Assembly (NCBI GenBank): GCA_037379345.1
Contig: CM074519.1
Span: 34,994,103 to 35,058,102 of the forward strand
Direction: 5' to 3'
Origin: Perna viridis
Lineage: Eukaryota
DNA length: 64,000 nt
Part shown: positions 50,881-64,000 of the stretch, one piece after another
Layout of the letters: every line of letters starts with the position of its first letter
Position numbering within the stretch: the stretch's first letter is position 1
Made by a program: the position numbers and the translations under genes
Notes under the pieces: generated by a model
What the model was told of the DNA's origin: nothing
Database searches by the model: none
Seen by the model: the letters and a program-made list of their open reading frames with translations, nothing else

Positions 50881-53800
50881 ACACTTAACAAGCAAAAACA
50901 TATGTACATGATTCAAACTCCATATTCATCAGTCTCAAAGCATTATATCTAGTCAAACGATATGTCCCAATAGTGCAAAGTCATCTAATTATTAGTAGAT
51001 AATGAGACAGCCACACAGTGGTAATATATACTCACTCAACATGTAAGGCCATTTATTCATATTGCAGGTACTTAGGGTAAATGGTCTTCTTAGTTCATCA
51101 ATTGTTATTCTTCATAAGATAACTAAAGTATATGCTTACTAATTTTTTTCCCTATCAGATGTCATGCAAGGTAACTAAATCACTAGAAATGTTACACCAC
51201 AGACATTAAGCAGTCACTATGTACCATCAAACAATAAAGACTTAAAGGCTTAACACACAGACAGATATTCAATATGTTAACGCAATCCAAGCAATATTAC
51301 CCTCAATGGTCTATTTGTCTGATAAATGTCCACTTTAGATTTGATTGATGACTGCAGAAAAATACTTAGTGGAAATTTTCTCCTAGTCCTCATATCATCA
51401 TGGTAATGTCATATCATAGTCATTTACCATTAATTGTTATGTTAAAGTAGAGCCACATGAGCAAGATTATCTGGGTCATTTTTTGGTTTCCCATTTAAAA
51501 ACATTAAGGAGACTGCTGTGAGTACCAGTCGATTGATAACAGCTTAGTAAACAATCTCCTTCAACACTTTAACCATGCAAATATAAACTTCTTCATATAA
51601 TTGAAAAGAGTGCTCAAAACTATGCAAACCTCGAGTGGGACATTTGCGAAACATGAGAGGTTCATATCTCCTTCAGACTAAGGTAAAATCGGCAAACCAA
51701 ACAATGAAAGAAAGACCTCTTGTAAATCTCGATGACTGGCATTATATCATCATACTCTGCTCTTCAAATAGAAGGCAAATTTTTTGCAGATAGTCAGAAT
51801 TAAGCTAAGTGCTGAGCATCTGTTTTTACGTTGTAATTTGCACAGCCCTTGTGTTAGCGTAATTATGGCATTGCTTGTAACACTTTGGAATATAAATGTG
51901 CAATAATTCATGGTTAGATGTAAAGGCACTGTGTAACATCAATACAAACACATTTCAATTATTCAAAAAAGTTTAGAATTTTTCCTGTTCTTTAAAATTC
52001 CAATTAAATACAACTCCACATGTCATCATTTTTTTACCATTTCAAATCTAAATTGTGTTTAAGAAACTGTTGAACCAGCTGTGAGAGTAATGACAAACTG
52101 GAATGTCACAGAGTACCTACCAGTATGTTCTCTCAGTAACACTATAAATTACTAGACAACTGGACCTAGATGGCAAATTTTGCCTCAAATTGAGAAAATG
52201 TTCTTGAAGTTAAGTTAAAGTCAGACTGTAGACCTGTTTGGCAACTAAATTGAAAAATGTAAAGTTAGACAGGAAACATCATTAACAATATTGTTTTGAA
52301 TATTATTTTAGCTGGTCTAGAATTATTTTTGAGATGACAAAACATCTGGCAGAAAATTCCAACATTTTGAAACTTTTTTTTCACATTCAAAACATATTTA
52401 AGTCATATATATGTAAACTTACATTCATCATCATGCCAGCTACCATATGACATTTATAATGACAATATAATTTTCCTCTATACTAGCTCCTAGTGGCCAT
52501 TGAAGATAACAACAAGATCTTTAGCTATCAGAGAGGTATATTTAACTTTGTCTTCCAAAGATTAAAATTTTTGAGGGGACTAGTCTTACAAATCTTAATA
52601 GAAAACAGCTTATCCTGTATGAACAACTACTTACAAGGTCAATGAAGACAAAATAAAATTATATTGTAAGCAAATTATTCCATGGTATTTCCATTTTCAA
52701 ATCGTATCTTAATATTTAAATCTTTGGAAGTTTAATTTTGCCTTGAGATGGACAAAAAAGTTTTACTAAATTTAAGTGATTCAAGTGGCAAGAAAACCAA
52801 TAGACAGGCAAAATTATTCTGTCTTTAACATTTACTAAGCATCAAGAACCCACATTATTTTACACAAACAATGAATCACTTTTAAACAAATCTTGGACTA
52901 AAAACTACTACTTACTAATATTGAGTGCATTGATCCTGTATTCCTTACAATTCACACGACATGCATGCATCATACTACAGTTATAATATAACAAGGCTTT
53001 ACCATGAATTTAGGGCGTTTCAAGTTAAGCAAGATTTAAGGGGCACACTGAGGGACCCTATAGGTAATAAACAATTTGAGTAACGGGCCAAACTACCCAA
53101 GTTAAATTGAACAAAAGTCAAATATTGAATTTTACCCAAACAAGATGACAGGCAAATATAATAAACATATCCAAAATTTCAATTTCATTTTTAAGATTTT
53201 AGAAATTCCCTGTGGTAGACCCCGGAAGAAATTATATCCCTAGAAAGACAAGAAAAGGAAGGGCCTACTTGACAGTATAAAAGATACAATATGATACTTG
53301 TTCTATACAATACAAGTACATGTAATTACACAAAAGTATTCTCATAATCACATACTTGTATTTCAAGGAAGTATTTACAGTGAAACACTATACATCTTTT
53401 GTGTCCAAATTAAGTCATCTCCAGTTCATGAAAAAAAAATTGCCTATGCTCTTCTTTGGAGTTTGATTTTAAAGCAGATTCAGGGACCATGCCTCAGGCA
53501 GAAGTAGTCTACCTTGATTATGTGACAAAATTCATGTATTTTTGTTATCATTTAATTGACAATTCTTTAAGATCTGAACCAGTCTGTTTGTAAATTTTCT
53601 GATAAATTTACACAATGGTATAAACTGACAGGGAAAGGTATTTGTGGCCATATCGAAATGTCATGTTTTTGAAAACCATCTTTTTAAGTAACATATTTCT
53701 AAAGCAGTTGCTATTTACTTATGTGTTTAAAGATATTTCAATATTTTAATACACTGACAATACTGAACAAAACTAAAAAGATCAAAAGCCATTTTCACTA

Positions 53801-54590
53801 ATTGCTATTTTTCAACTAATTTGTCAATCAAGTATCTCAAATAACAAAATTATCAAAAAAAATCCAGACTGTAATTATTGGAAGAAATCCATTTTTGATA
53901 TCTATATTTATGCGATAATAATTAAAGATTATAGCAACAAAATCAGAGCCGAATACCAGATGTCAACATCATTGCCAACTAACTGCCAAGAACCTTTATT
54001 ATTTGTCTGGCAGATTAAACAGTATGGAACTTATGGAATACAAATCATGATAATATGCTTCACATGCAGCAAAAAAGCCATGTTATGATGGATAATCCAC
54101 CTTAATCCTCTAAAATCTTCTCAAATAGAACAAGGATATACTGTGAAGGTCATGACACCTTGTCCTTGACTTCTAAAGTTCTTTTTTTTTTTTTTTAAAT
54201 ACAAGTTTACTTAAGTACCTTACAGAGCATTAGACTGTAATTTTTATCAATTTTTTAAATAGAAAAAATAAACCCAGTATGGCCCAATAGTGGTAAGAGA
54301 TTCAATAAAAGTACTAAAGGATGCTGAGCATGGAGAAAACAATGGACTAGTTAAAGAGTTTGAGGGATCTGTATCAAAGTCCCATAATATTTAAAAACAA
54401 AATTTCAACTAACCTAGTTGGACTAATTCTATAACTTTCCCAATGTCAGATATAATTCTTGTTGGTAATTCAATCATAAATATGACTTCAGATTATAGAG
54501 AGGAATGTAAATACAAATATTCCACTTATCACTTTCCATTCTATTTTCATGATTCTTAATTGAGACTGTACTTCACTGCTACCTTTACTC

Positions 54591-54620
54591 AAAGAGTAAT
54601 CAAGAGAACCAAGGTTATAT
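54591..54620 (-). mobile_element. Very short 3'-terminal fragment of the PLE-tail repeat
   Basis: AAAGAGTAATCAAGAGAACCAAGGTTATA matches the extreme 3' end of the other copies. Confidence 0.6.
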
Positions 54621-54764
54621 CAAAAGATGTATTCATATTTTAGTACATAAATTTAAATCACAACTGTATAAATTTATGATTTAGGTTTCCACGTTTTTTT
54701 ACCATTGGTCTTCTAAGAGAATGCAAGTCACTGATTGACATCACCAGAAGACGGGCACAGTACG

Positions 54765-54915
54765 TCATCAGAAAACAGGCACGGTCATTTGATGGTTAAA
54801 GACCTCAAACTTTTAATGATGATAAGGAAGAAGTAACCATTCAGAAGACATGCACTATCCTTTGATGGTTCAAGACCTGAAACTTGTAGGGATGATAAGG
54901 AAAAAGTAACCATTG
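54765..54915. repeat. Two imperfect tandem copies of ~71 bp
   Basis: TTTGATGGTT.AAGACCT.AAACTT....GATGATAAGGAA.AAGTAACCATT occurs twice. Confidence 0.7.
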
Positions 54916-56120
54916 GTTCTAATTGTTATGTTAAAAAATAAATCAGGCTTTTTACATACACAAGATTGAACTTAAAGATAGTGTTCAAGTTAAAATTTCA
55001 ACCTAATTTTCAATATTATTATATAAGGTGTAGTGGCAGACCCATACATTTTAAAAAGGGGAAATCTCAAGAAAAAAAATGGATGAATAAGAACAATTTT
55101 CATCTATTTCAATAATACAATAGATAATGACGAATTGCATGATTTATGTATGAAGATATGTCACATAGTGAAAACTTCTTATGTTCAAATATAAAAAAAT
55201 TAAATAATTCATAAAATATGAAATTTCAAAAGTGGAATTAGTCACAGATTAACCCACTTTTCTAAAAATGTGAGGCTGGCCTACTTTTTCAACCTAATAA
55301 ACAATGTAATTACAACCCAGAACCCTGAAGTACCCTTAAAGGCTGTTAACATTGCTGCATGGGAAGTGTTAAAGGGACTAAAAAGGCCAAACTATTAACA
55401 CTTTAATTCTAGGCCAAGTATTCATAACGTAACACAACATTTATCACATACATTCTACATTTATGATACCTACTTTTTATTTGGCATACCAAAATAACTA
55501 TGAATATTTAAAATTCAAATGTCACATTTTTCAATCCTTGTATATGGTATGACAGGCATTTTTCATATCCCATTAAAGTGTTGTATTTCAATATGAATGA
55601 TGAAAACAAAATCTTTATTTCCTCACATGTCTCAACTTTAATTTACATTTATAATCCAAAGTTTTCTTTGACATTTTCTACAAAATTGACATAAATAAAC
55701 CATCATAATGTTTCATCAGTCATCAGACACGCCAAGGAAAAAAACTTTCAATTCATTTTTTATGAAGATATCATCTTTGACGTTCTTTCCATCTTTTAAA
55801 ATTCAGTCTCTGTATTGTATAATAGAAAATAATAAACTGGAAACATTTCTACAGGTATGATGAAAAATGTTAAGTCATAGTTGTGATTGCTACCACTCCA
55901 ATTTTTTGTATCAAGTACAATATTACCGCTTCTTACACAATATAATAAATGTTACTGCGACGAATATCACATGTACGAATCTTACATCAACAAAACATCA
56001 ATGAAGTTTTCAAAATTAAGAATTTCAGACATGTTTTGAATTCTTGTACCACAGCTCTGAAACTGACCAAAGGAATTGATTGTACCATGAATTTCAAAAC
56101 CTGTGAAAAAAATCTCTTAC

Positions 56121-56139
56121 CTTGAATCCAAATTTCCAT
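56121..56139 (-). CDS. Candidate first coding exon (MEIWIQ-G) of an AUTS2-like isoform
   Basis: Minus strand reads AGT ATG GAA ATT TGG ATT CAA G|GTAAGA: good Kozak context and a strong donor. Phase 1 matches the acceptor at 45488. There is no homology support. Confidence 0.45.
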
Positions 56140-59100
56140 ACTGCTAAAATTCTGATATTAAACAAATCCAAAGAAAGTTCTGAACTTTCAAGTCCTTGGG
56201 AAATAAGTCCAGTCACAATTTAGAGAAAAACACAAGTACAAAATCACACAAAAACACACAATTCCATTCAGATTAAACCAAATCTAAAGGAATAAAATCT
56301 GTAATATATCAGAAACCTTCATATGAACTGAGTAATCAGACAAATTCCTTGCTCTGAGCTCAATTACATATTACAGTATATCTCAAAATGATGCAATCTG
56401 CTTTACTCCCACAGCATGTAATGATATTTCCAATATGACCCCCTGGAGGTCACCGTTAAAACATTTTCTCCCTCCTCGCTGCACTAGTGTGATTTAATAG
56501 CCCCTAAGCATTATCTTTTAAGTGAGAAAACACATGCTTCCTGTTAGATTAAACCCTGTAAGGCGTATTGATTTTTTTCTATCTATTAAAGGGGTGGTGT
56601 GGTTATTAGAATATCATGAATGTATGGAACAGAACAAATATGATATACTACAAAATAATGAATTACTGAAAGGGTGCAGCTCTGTCTTATTTGAGGCTAA
56701 AAATGGGTACTACTTTTTCATTGCAAGAAGTTGGTTTTTTTTCTTCAAATAAATCAATCAAATAGTATGTGAAAGTCCTAGTTAGTTAGTATATATATAT
56801 TGGTTTGTGGGTTAATCATATTAAGTTCATCAACATTTGTTTTACTTCCTAATATAAAATATACTGACAGACACATGCAGTGTACCAAATAGTTTCTACA
56901 TTGTTATAATACTGCCAAAAAATCAGTCCAAATACCACAACACAGCAAAAACATTTCATAACAGAACTGATGAGCTTTCCAGACAAAACATACAAAATGT
57001 CAGCATAAATATTTACTCAGTATACAACACACCAATTCATTCAGATCTGCCAAAATAAATTATTCTCTATCACCACAAAAAAAGTTCATCCCACGCCAAA
57101 TCTACAGATTCCGTTAATTCCCCTAATTATGATACTCATGCACAATCACTATCATCTCAAGATAGTAGACATTGCAAAATATAATACAAATCATTCACTG
57201 TATGCCTGAACATAAGGCTGTGAATTATAGAGAATTACTAAGCTACCTGGTATCATCAGAAGCCTCATCAAAAACAGATGAAAGCTCTTTTGATGTCTAA
57301 TTTACCTTAATTGAGTGAGGGGAATTCAGCTCTGTCTGAATTAATAGCTTAATTGTATTAATGACTTAGAAAGCCTGAATCTGTAGAAAATAGCTAACTT
57401 TTGATTCTAATAGAATGAGAGAAAAAAAAACAGGAGATTTTTATTTTGTTACTAACATGCTATAGTTACTGAAATAGGTCAAATCAAGCATGCAGCAGAT
57501 TGATCAGAGATGGACTATTTTGCACAAGTCATAGCTCTCTTCTTCCTTTTTCTTTTATTATATTATTTGTAGGGGTACTGTGCACAATATGCAGTTCACT
57601 TTGATTATTTTCTGGCCTAAAAACAGCAGTTCTGGCTTCTTGCTTACTTCTTAAAGAATTATCACAGCATATATTGCACCCAAGACCTATCAGGGTATAG
57701 ATCACATCCAGGACCTACTGAATTATCTCTGAGTGTCAACTTAAATTAACCTATACATTACTAAGGCAGTGCACCCCTGGTAAACAGTATACAAAATAGA
57801 CCTTTGTCAAACCAAGGAGAAACATGGGTTCTTCTATTGTATAAAGGTAAATACCACAAATCAATTCACAAGGTTTACATACAGAACCTTATCATTATAA
57901 CTAGGATAGTGTATCTATAGGTCGCTGGTGTTCAATATTTCGGATTTCTAAATAAACATATCACTTGTCAAGACCACTGTTATTATAAAAGGTAACTTTA
58001 TTTAACTCCAGCTAAAAATAAAGTAAGATCTTGCAATTATATTGAGATTCCAGTTTGTATTTACTTTTTTAGAATTTTAAAATTCATGAATTGACTGTTT
58101 ACACCATGCAGATACTACTGTAGATAAATGTAATTGACCACATACAACAAGTATTGGACCTGTATAAAATACCCCATTTTCTTTCATTATTGGATCATTA
58201 TAAGGAAATCTGAAAATTGGTTGAGCACTTGTCTCTTTCATAGTGATAAAAAATCATAAAATTTTATCAATTACATGCATGTCTGTAGTATTTTAGCCCC
58301 AAGATCAGATATAATTGAGTCCTGCTTTAAGAGGTCTCAAGTACAAATCTAAGTGCTAATTCTATTTACAAAAACAGCTAAGATTATCATAGTGCAAATT
58401 TAAACTTAATCAGGTATCTTAACTTACCAATTATTGAAACAAACTTTCACAGACTTCACACAGATAATGATTTTTACTCCATCAGGTCAACAATTAAAAG
58501 TCCATCTAGTATTAAAATTATTATTTATATGATGCTTTAGAAAACATGGTTCATCACTTTAACTCCTCTAAAATAGAATAATTTCACTTATGACATAAAA
58601 ACACAGAAACATTTCTTATTCTGATTGTTTCTTCAGCTGACCCCTAATATTGAGTCATTATATGACAAAGTGTTGTCTGCTTGTAAGAAAACACTGAGTC
58701 CAGCCAGTAAAGGAAATTCCCAACTAGACGCTCACCTTAAATTCAAATTGTATTTACACAAACATCTATATGTGAAGTACAAATTTATGAGTCTTTTCAA
58801 ATGGTGACAAATATCTCTTTTCACTACAATCATTTATTAACCAACTTTAAATGGTTTCCGCTACGATGAACACACAAAGAATCAACCCTACAACAGCAAA
58901 ATCGACTGCTTGTATTCAGGGTAGAAATAATACTATTATGTGCGACACTCTACAAAGACCTTTGATCTTTGGAAGGAAGTCAGACGTGTAGAATAATCTC
59001 TTGAAAGGACCACTTTATGGCTCAGCGGCAAATGATTAAAACCAGTGATATTCTAATCCTCTAAGCTATTCTAGATGCATTTTTCTTGCACGAATGTCAT

Positions 59101-62100
59101 ATTTCGCACTCCAGGCTATTCCATAAATGAAAAAAAATTATCTGCAGTCAGTCGTTAAGAGTAACAAATTGACAACAGTTAAAGAATGTGGTCCACATGA
59201 GAATTTGATGAAGAAACTTGGTCACAAAAGTAAAATATTTAAGTTCCTTCTGTGTGAGAATATTTAACAACACAATGTAAGAGATACAGAATTCTTAAAC
59301 AGCCCTCTCATTTAAACGTAACAGCACAGTCCATGATTATTCTTGCACTCAGAGAAATCCGTCATACAGTATTGTGTTGGTAGCAAATCTAAACTTGATG
59401 CCATGTAAACAGTATCGAAGCTACGCAAACATCTGATTTTCGTAACTAATCAATTTTATTGTATCCTTGGCTATCACAGGAGGCTTAATTCCTATCTCCA
59501 GTCGCATTAGTTTGACTCAACAGAAATAACCAAATTTATTTGGCACAAAGCCTCAATTAAGTCTCCGACTCAACCACAATCTCTAAGATTACATGTTGGA
59601 AATCCCTACAAAGACTATCAGATTTTGGGCTTGGTTTAATTTAATTCTGAACTTCCAATATGGAGATACAATCTATACAAACTTATTTCTCTTGGTTTTT
59701 ATGAAGATGAGTTGAAAAAAATTCAATTTCACTTTTCATGCTATCATAGATTCACAGCATGACAGCTGTGTCCTAAATATGGAAATTGAAAGCAGCCAGG
59801 CAGAGAATATCAGAAATGTCAACAGTAGAAAATCTCAATAATACACAATCTGAGTCTTAACTCCTTTGAGAATGAAAATAAAGTGATATGTGTGACAGGT
59901 TACCCATATGCCAGAAAGACATTGAGTATGCATTTCACTATTCTGTTGATTGTGCTATGATTCATTTGACCCTATGTCTATTAGCATAAGCTAAAGAAGA
60001 AATAATCCTTTTATATTAAAATCGTGTATAAAAATTCAAAAATTGGATGGATCAAGCCAAGATGTTACCAATTTTATTTCATGATGATAGTTATATGATA
60101 ATTTTTTATATCTCAACATCTGCCTCCACAGAATAATTTCGGAAAAATTGAATAAAATAAGTCAGACAAAACAGTTGTCAAATTTGAGAGTTTTCTAGAA
60201 ACACAAAAATATAACTGAAAATAAACCAACAGACATTTAAAAAAAAAAAATCATGGATTTTGCCTTAAAAAAATCTTTGAAGAAGGAAAAATCCCAAGCC
60301 CTTGATTAAAATTTCTCCAAAATCCGAATGTTTTTGAGGTAAATCTGTATTATTTTAACTTGTATTTTTCTCACTACAGATAACCAGGCTATTCCTACTT
60401 TTCAGCCGTGTAAGACCCTACATGTGAGATTAACACACAACATTTGTAAACCAACTGTATATACAAAAAATTTTCAGCTGGCGGTGTGTTTTGAATTGGC
60501 ATACTATCACACAAAAATAATTCTGAAGTGAGAAAAAGTACCACTGCAGGACTTGGAAATATAAGATATCAATGTTTGTCAACTTAGAAGAGCCTGTTAA
60601 TTAACCCTTGGGTGCTTAAGATTTCTCTGCCGTGGATTCTCAGCAGTGTTAGATTCTTATTATGTAAAACCCTTTTTTGGCCTCACTCATATGCCTTCAA
60701 ACCACTCATTTCTAATTTTTCCCAAAACTACTATAAAATTTTCTAAGTGTTTTAAACACATATTTCTGAAACCTTTCTTGCTATAAAGTATATTGATTTT
60801 TTCCATGCTAACTATTTGATGGGAACCCGACATGTAATTTGAAGGTATTTTTTTCTCATATCCTGAATTCAGTCATTTGGCTTTAATACCGTGCACACAG
60901 GTCCTTTGAAAGGCATTCATTTGTCAACAACAGGAACATAAGGCTGTAATTGGTTGCTTAGCAACACGGAAAAATTAAATGGAAGCTATTTCCTGATTGC
61001 TAGTTGTAACATTGTCATGATTTGAAATTTATTAAAAATGACACAATAGCGACTTTGATCCATCAAATCTAATTTATAAGCCGATTATGGAGAAAAAAAT
61101 GTTTTGAACAACAAGGCCATCATAATGATATAAATTAGTAATTGAGTTACATTGATTACTTTTTAATCTTCCACTGAACCAATTTGTACAAAACAGTTCT
61201 CCACAGCAAATACAAGCAATACCACCAACCAATAATTCAACTTTATTAGCTGTTGCAGATTCTCTAAAGATTTCCATTTTTCCTTGAAGGAAAAAAATCA
61301 GAACAGATTTAGAATATTTATAAATCTATTACAGCTCTCTATAGCATTCTTTGTTACAGGGTGTCATGTTTATTAGAGCTGTCTTTATTACTTGAATACT
61401 ACTGATTAAAGATATTCATTTTAGAAGTAGAAAAAATATTAAACCAACCTTAATACATCATAACAACAATACTCAATGATCATGACAACCCACACCAATT
61501 ACTCTTGTACATGATACCCTTTACAATATGAACATGTTTGTTAAGATATTTTTAAAATCACCAATTCAAAAGCTACATGTAGCATATTGTTAGAATTTAA
61601 ATATCAATTCCAAATTGTGCTCTCAGTGATAACACTAAAACTGTTTTCCTTTCTGAAATAAGTCTCAAGTCATCATCCTAAAGTAATTTATGTCATGAAG
61701 GAAGAGGATTACTGTCAGAAAAGTCGCAAACATATGACACTTCTTATATACATGTACATATGTAACCTCTTGGAACTTGAATAGTACCACTTAATTTTTT
61801 TAAAAGGCTACTTTTATTAAAAGGAATGACCACCAAAACTTTTAACCCAAATATTTCACATGTAAGTGTTGTTAATTCAAACTAAATTGTTAGCCATACA
61901 TAGAATATGAATAACCCATTGATTGAAGAGGTTTTATAGGACTACAACAAGCGGGAATTTTATCAAGCACTTTAAATACTTCAGAGCTCTACAGAAAAAA
62001 AGGTGCACTATAATTATATACTTATTTTGAAGGCTGGTTCTATGACAAGAGTGCATTAATACATCTCAACACCTTGGTAATAAACACCCAAGTCTGAAAT

Positions 62101-64000
62101 CTTTAATGCTAATTGGTACCAGATTATAGAGAACCAAATTGACCTGTGTGACCTTCACTAAATATGGGTTAAAAGATGTACAATAACATGAACTGAGCAT
62201 TGTCATTCTGTATTCTGTACCTTGAATAAAAAGAAATAGTCATCTATAATTAGGGCTCAACACAATGTTTTGTTGGCCTTTATTATGGGATAGCTTGGTC
62301 TGTAATTTTCCACCACAGTAAATAAGTTATTTATGGAACTTCTTTTTTCTATATCCTTTGTAGGGAAATTCATCCTCCAACAATGTCATTATTCTAGGTT
62401 AATTCCTCCAATAAGAAACAGAAATGGCTTTTGTACTTGCTAAATAATGTGCTTCATTTAAAGTAAGTCAGCACAAACTTCATAATATTTGAAGAAAAGG
62501 TATACATTTATTCTTGGAAAACACTGACTAAAAAGGCTAACTGCTTAACCTGCTTAACTCTTAAAAAAAGAAATAAGGCTCCAGGAGTCTCTTTAAAGAA
62601 TTCTGGTACTGATTTGTCCTGAATAAGTGTATTGTTTTAACATTGCAGTTTATGAATTCCTTGTCGTAACTTCAATTCATAAAATCTGCTTAGGTCAATG
62701 TTTCAGGAAATAATTCATTTGCTGGAATACTGAAACTTTAAAATGAAACAATTTTTTTTTCACATGTCATAATAAATGCTCCCTACAAAACAAATGATCC
62801 CTATTGAATACATCCTACTACCCTCAAACCATAAATCAACAACAGCACATCTGAGTCCAAGTAGTTTTCTCCTCACATAAAAGCTATCCTCTGGGAAATA
62901 AGATGCACAAGCAATAATTGAATTAGCTTAAAATTCTATTTTTTTACCACAAAAGCTTAAATATTTTAAGTCAATTGCTAAGTTTTATTCTTCCTTTCCG
63001 AATTAGATCTCTATTTTCCAGCACTAATATAATTTTCCCAGAACAGCGACTGGCGCTACGAATGTTTGTCTCCCGACATTTGATGCTGCGACTCAGTAAT
63101 CAGAAATGATCTGAAACCATTATGGATTTACAAGTCTCTAGGGTAAAATATTGTCACGGACATCTATCTTCCAAAATCGAAAAAAAGATATTTGACTAAT
63201 TGGGTTTTCAAAGCCCAGAGGAAAAAACGTCAGATAACTGATAGTGAGAAAATAGTTTTAGCCTAAATGGTCTAGCAATTCACAACTAATGAACGTAAAA
63301 CAAATTTAATGGATTTACTAAAACTAATGGTTTAGAAATCCAAAATAGGAATATATTCTATGCTTGAAGGCATAGTATGTTATGCTCAATTCTTCTACCA
63401 CACAGACATACAGGCTGAATTTGACGCATGCACTTGCTTTAATTTGAAGATGACTGACCCTCTTTTTTTGATTAACTATAGATTGAAGTAGTCCATCCTA
63501 ACAATTCCAAAAATAAATTCTTATTTAGACAAAAAGCAAACAATGGTCTCTAATACTCATCTTTATATAATTTTTCTGCTGATTTTCATTTTCGTCTCTT
63601 TATTTCTAGGATTCTAACATAGTTCAAAATAGCTCAAAAAGCTTTTAATATTGCAATTCTGTGTATAAAAGGTAGTCTAGACAGATATTCACCTAATTTA
63701 TTTTCCGGAACACAGACATGATATCATAAAGCAGATAAAATATCAGAAATTAATCTCACATGGTCAAATCAACAATCACCAAACAAAACAAATATGAATC
63801 CAACTTTAATTCTGTCATTCAATTCAAATACATTATTATTTGTAATGGACTATAATCCCTTAATATGGGAGAGAAAGAAAACGCATAAAATTTTACACCG
63901 TTGAGATGATCGGATATTTACTATAATCAGCTTATATACATAACATTAACTTCAGTTGTAATGGATAATATTGCAAGCCCTTAAGACTTGACATTATGAT

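Noticed and set aside
56960-56995. CTGATGAG hammerhead-like start
   Set aside because: No GAAA core follows the putative stem II, and no stems I or III are evident.
46000-64000. Short ORFs of 60-76 aa in the large intron
   Set aside because: They show no coding-like composition, motifs or consistent splice phases, and are expected by chance in AT-rich DNA.

Overview
This is AT-rich eukaryotic DNA with spliceosomal introns. The repeat families and gene content suggest a bivalve mollusc, probably a mytilid mussel (inference). The left ~26.6 kb is rich in transposable elements and holds an immune-type gene set on the + strand: the last coding exon of a small 12-Cys/His-rich peptide (Cvsi/I84-like), a Toll-like receptor pseudogene (three nonsense codons plus a frameshift) and a C-type lectin pseudogene. 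These sit among remnants of CR1/L2, Penelope-like and Gypsy elements, MITEs and Helentron-like repeats. The right ~37 kb holds an AUTS2/FBRSL1/tay-family gene on the - strand. I reconstructed 10 phase-consistent exons by hand (45487 to 29894) and a candidate ATG-bearing first exon at 56139-56121, giving 869 aa if that exon is used. The most unusual structure is a 65-bp tandem array (~41030-41740) that copies the 3' end of the HX-repeat exon together with its GTAAGT splice donor. This creates a ladder of duplicate donors behind an in-frame stop. No prokaryotic features, CRISPR arrays, rRNA or tRNA genes were seen.
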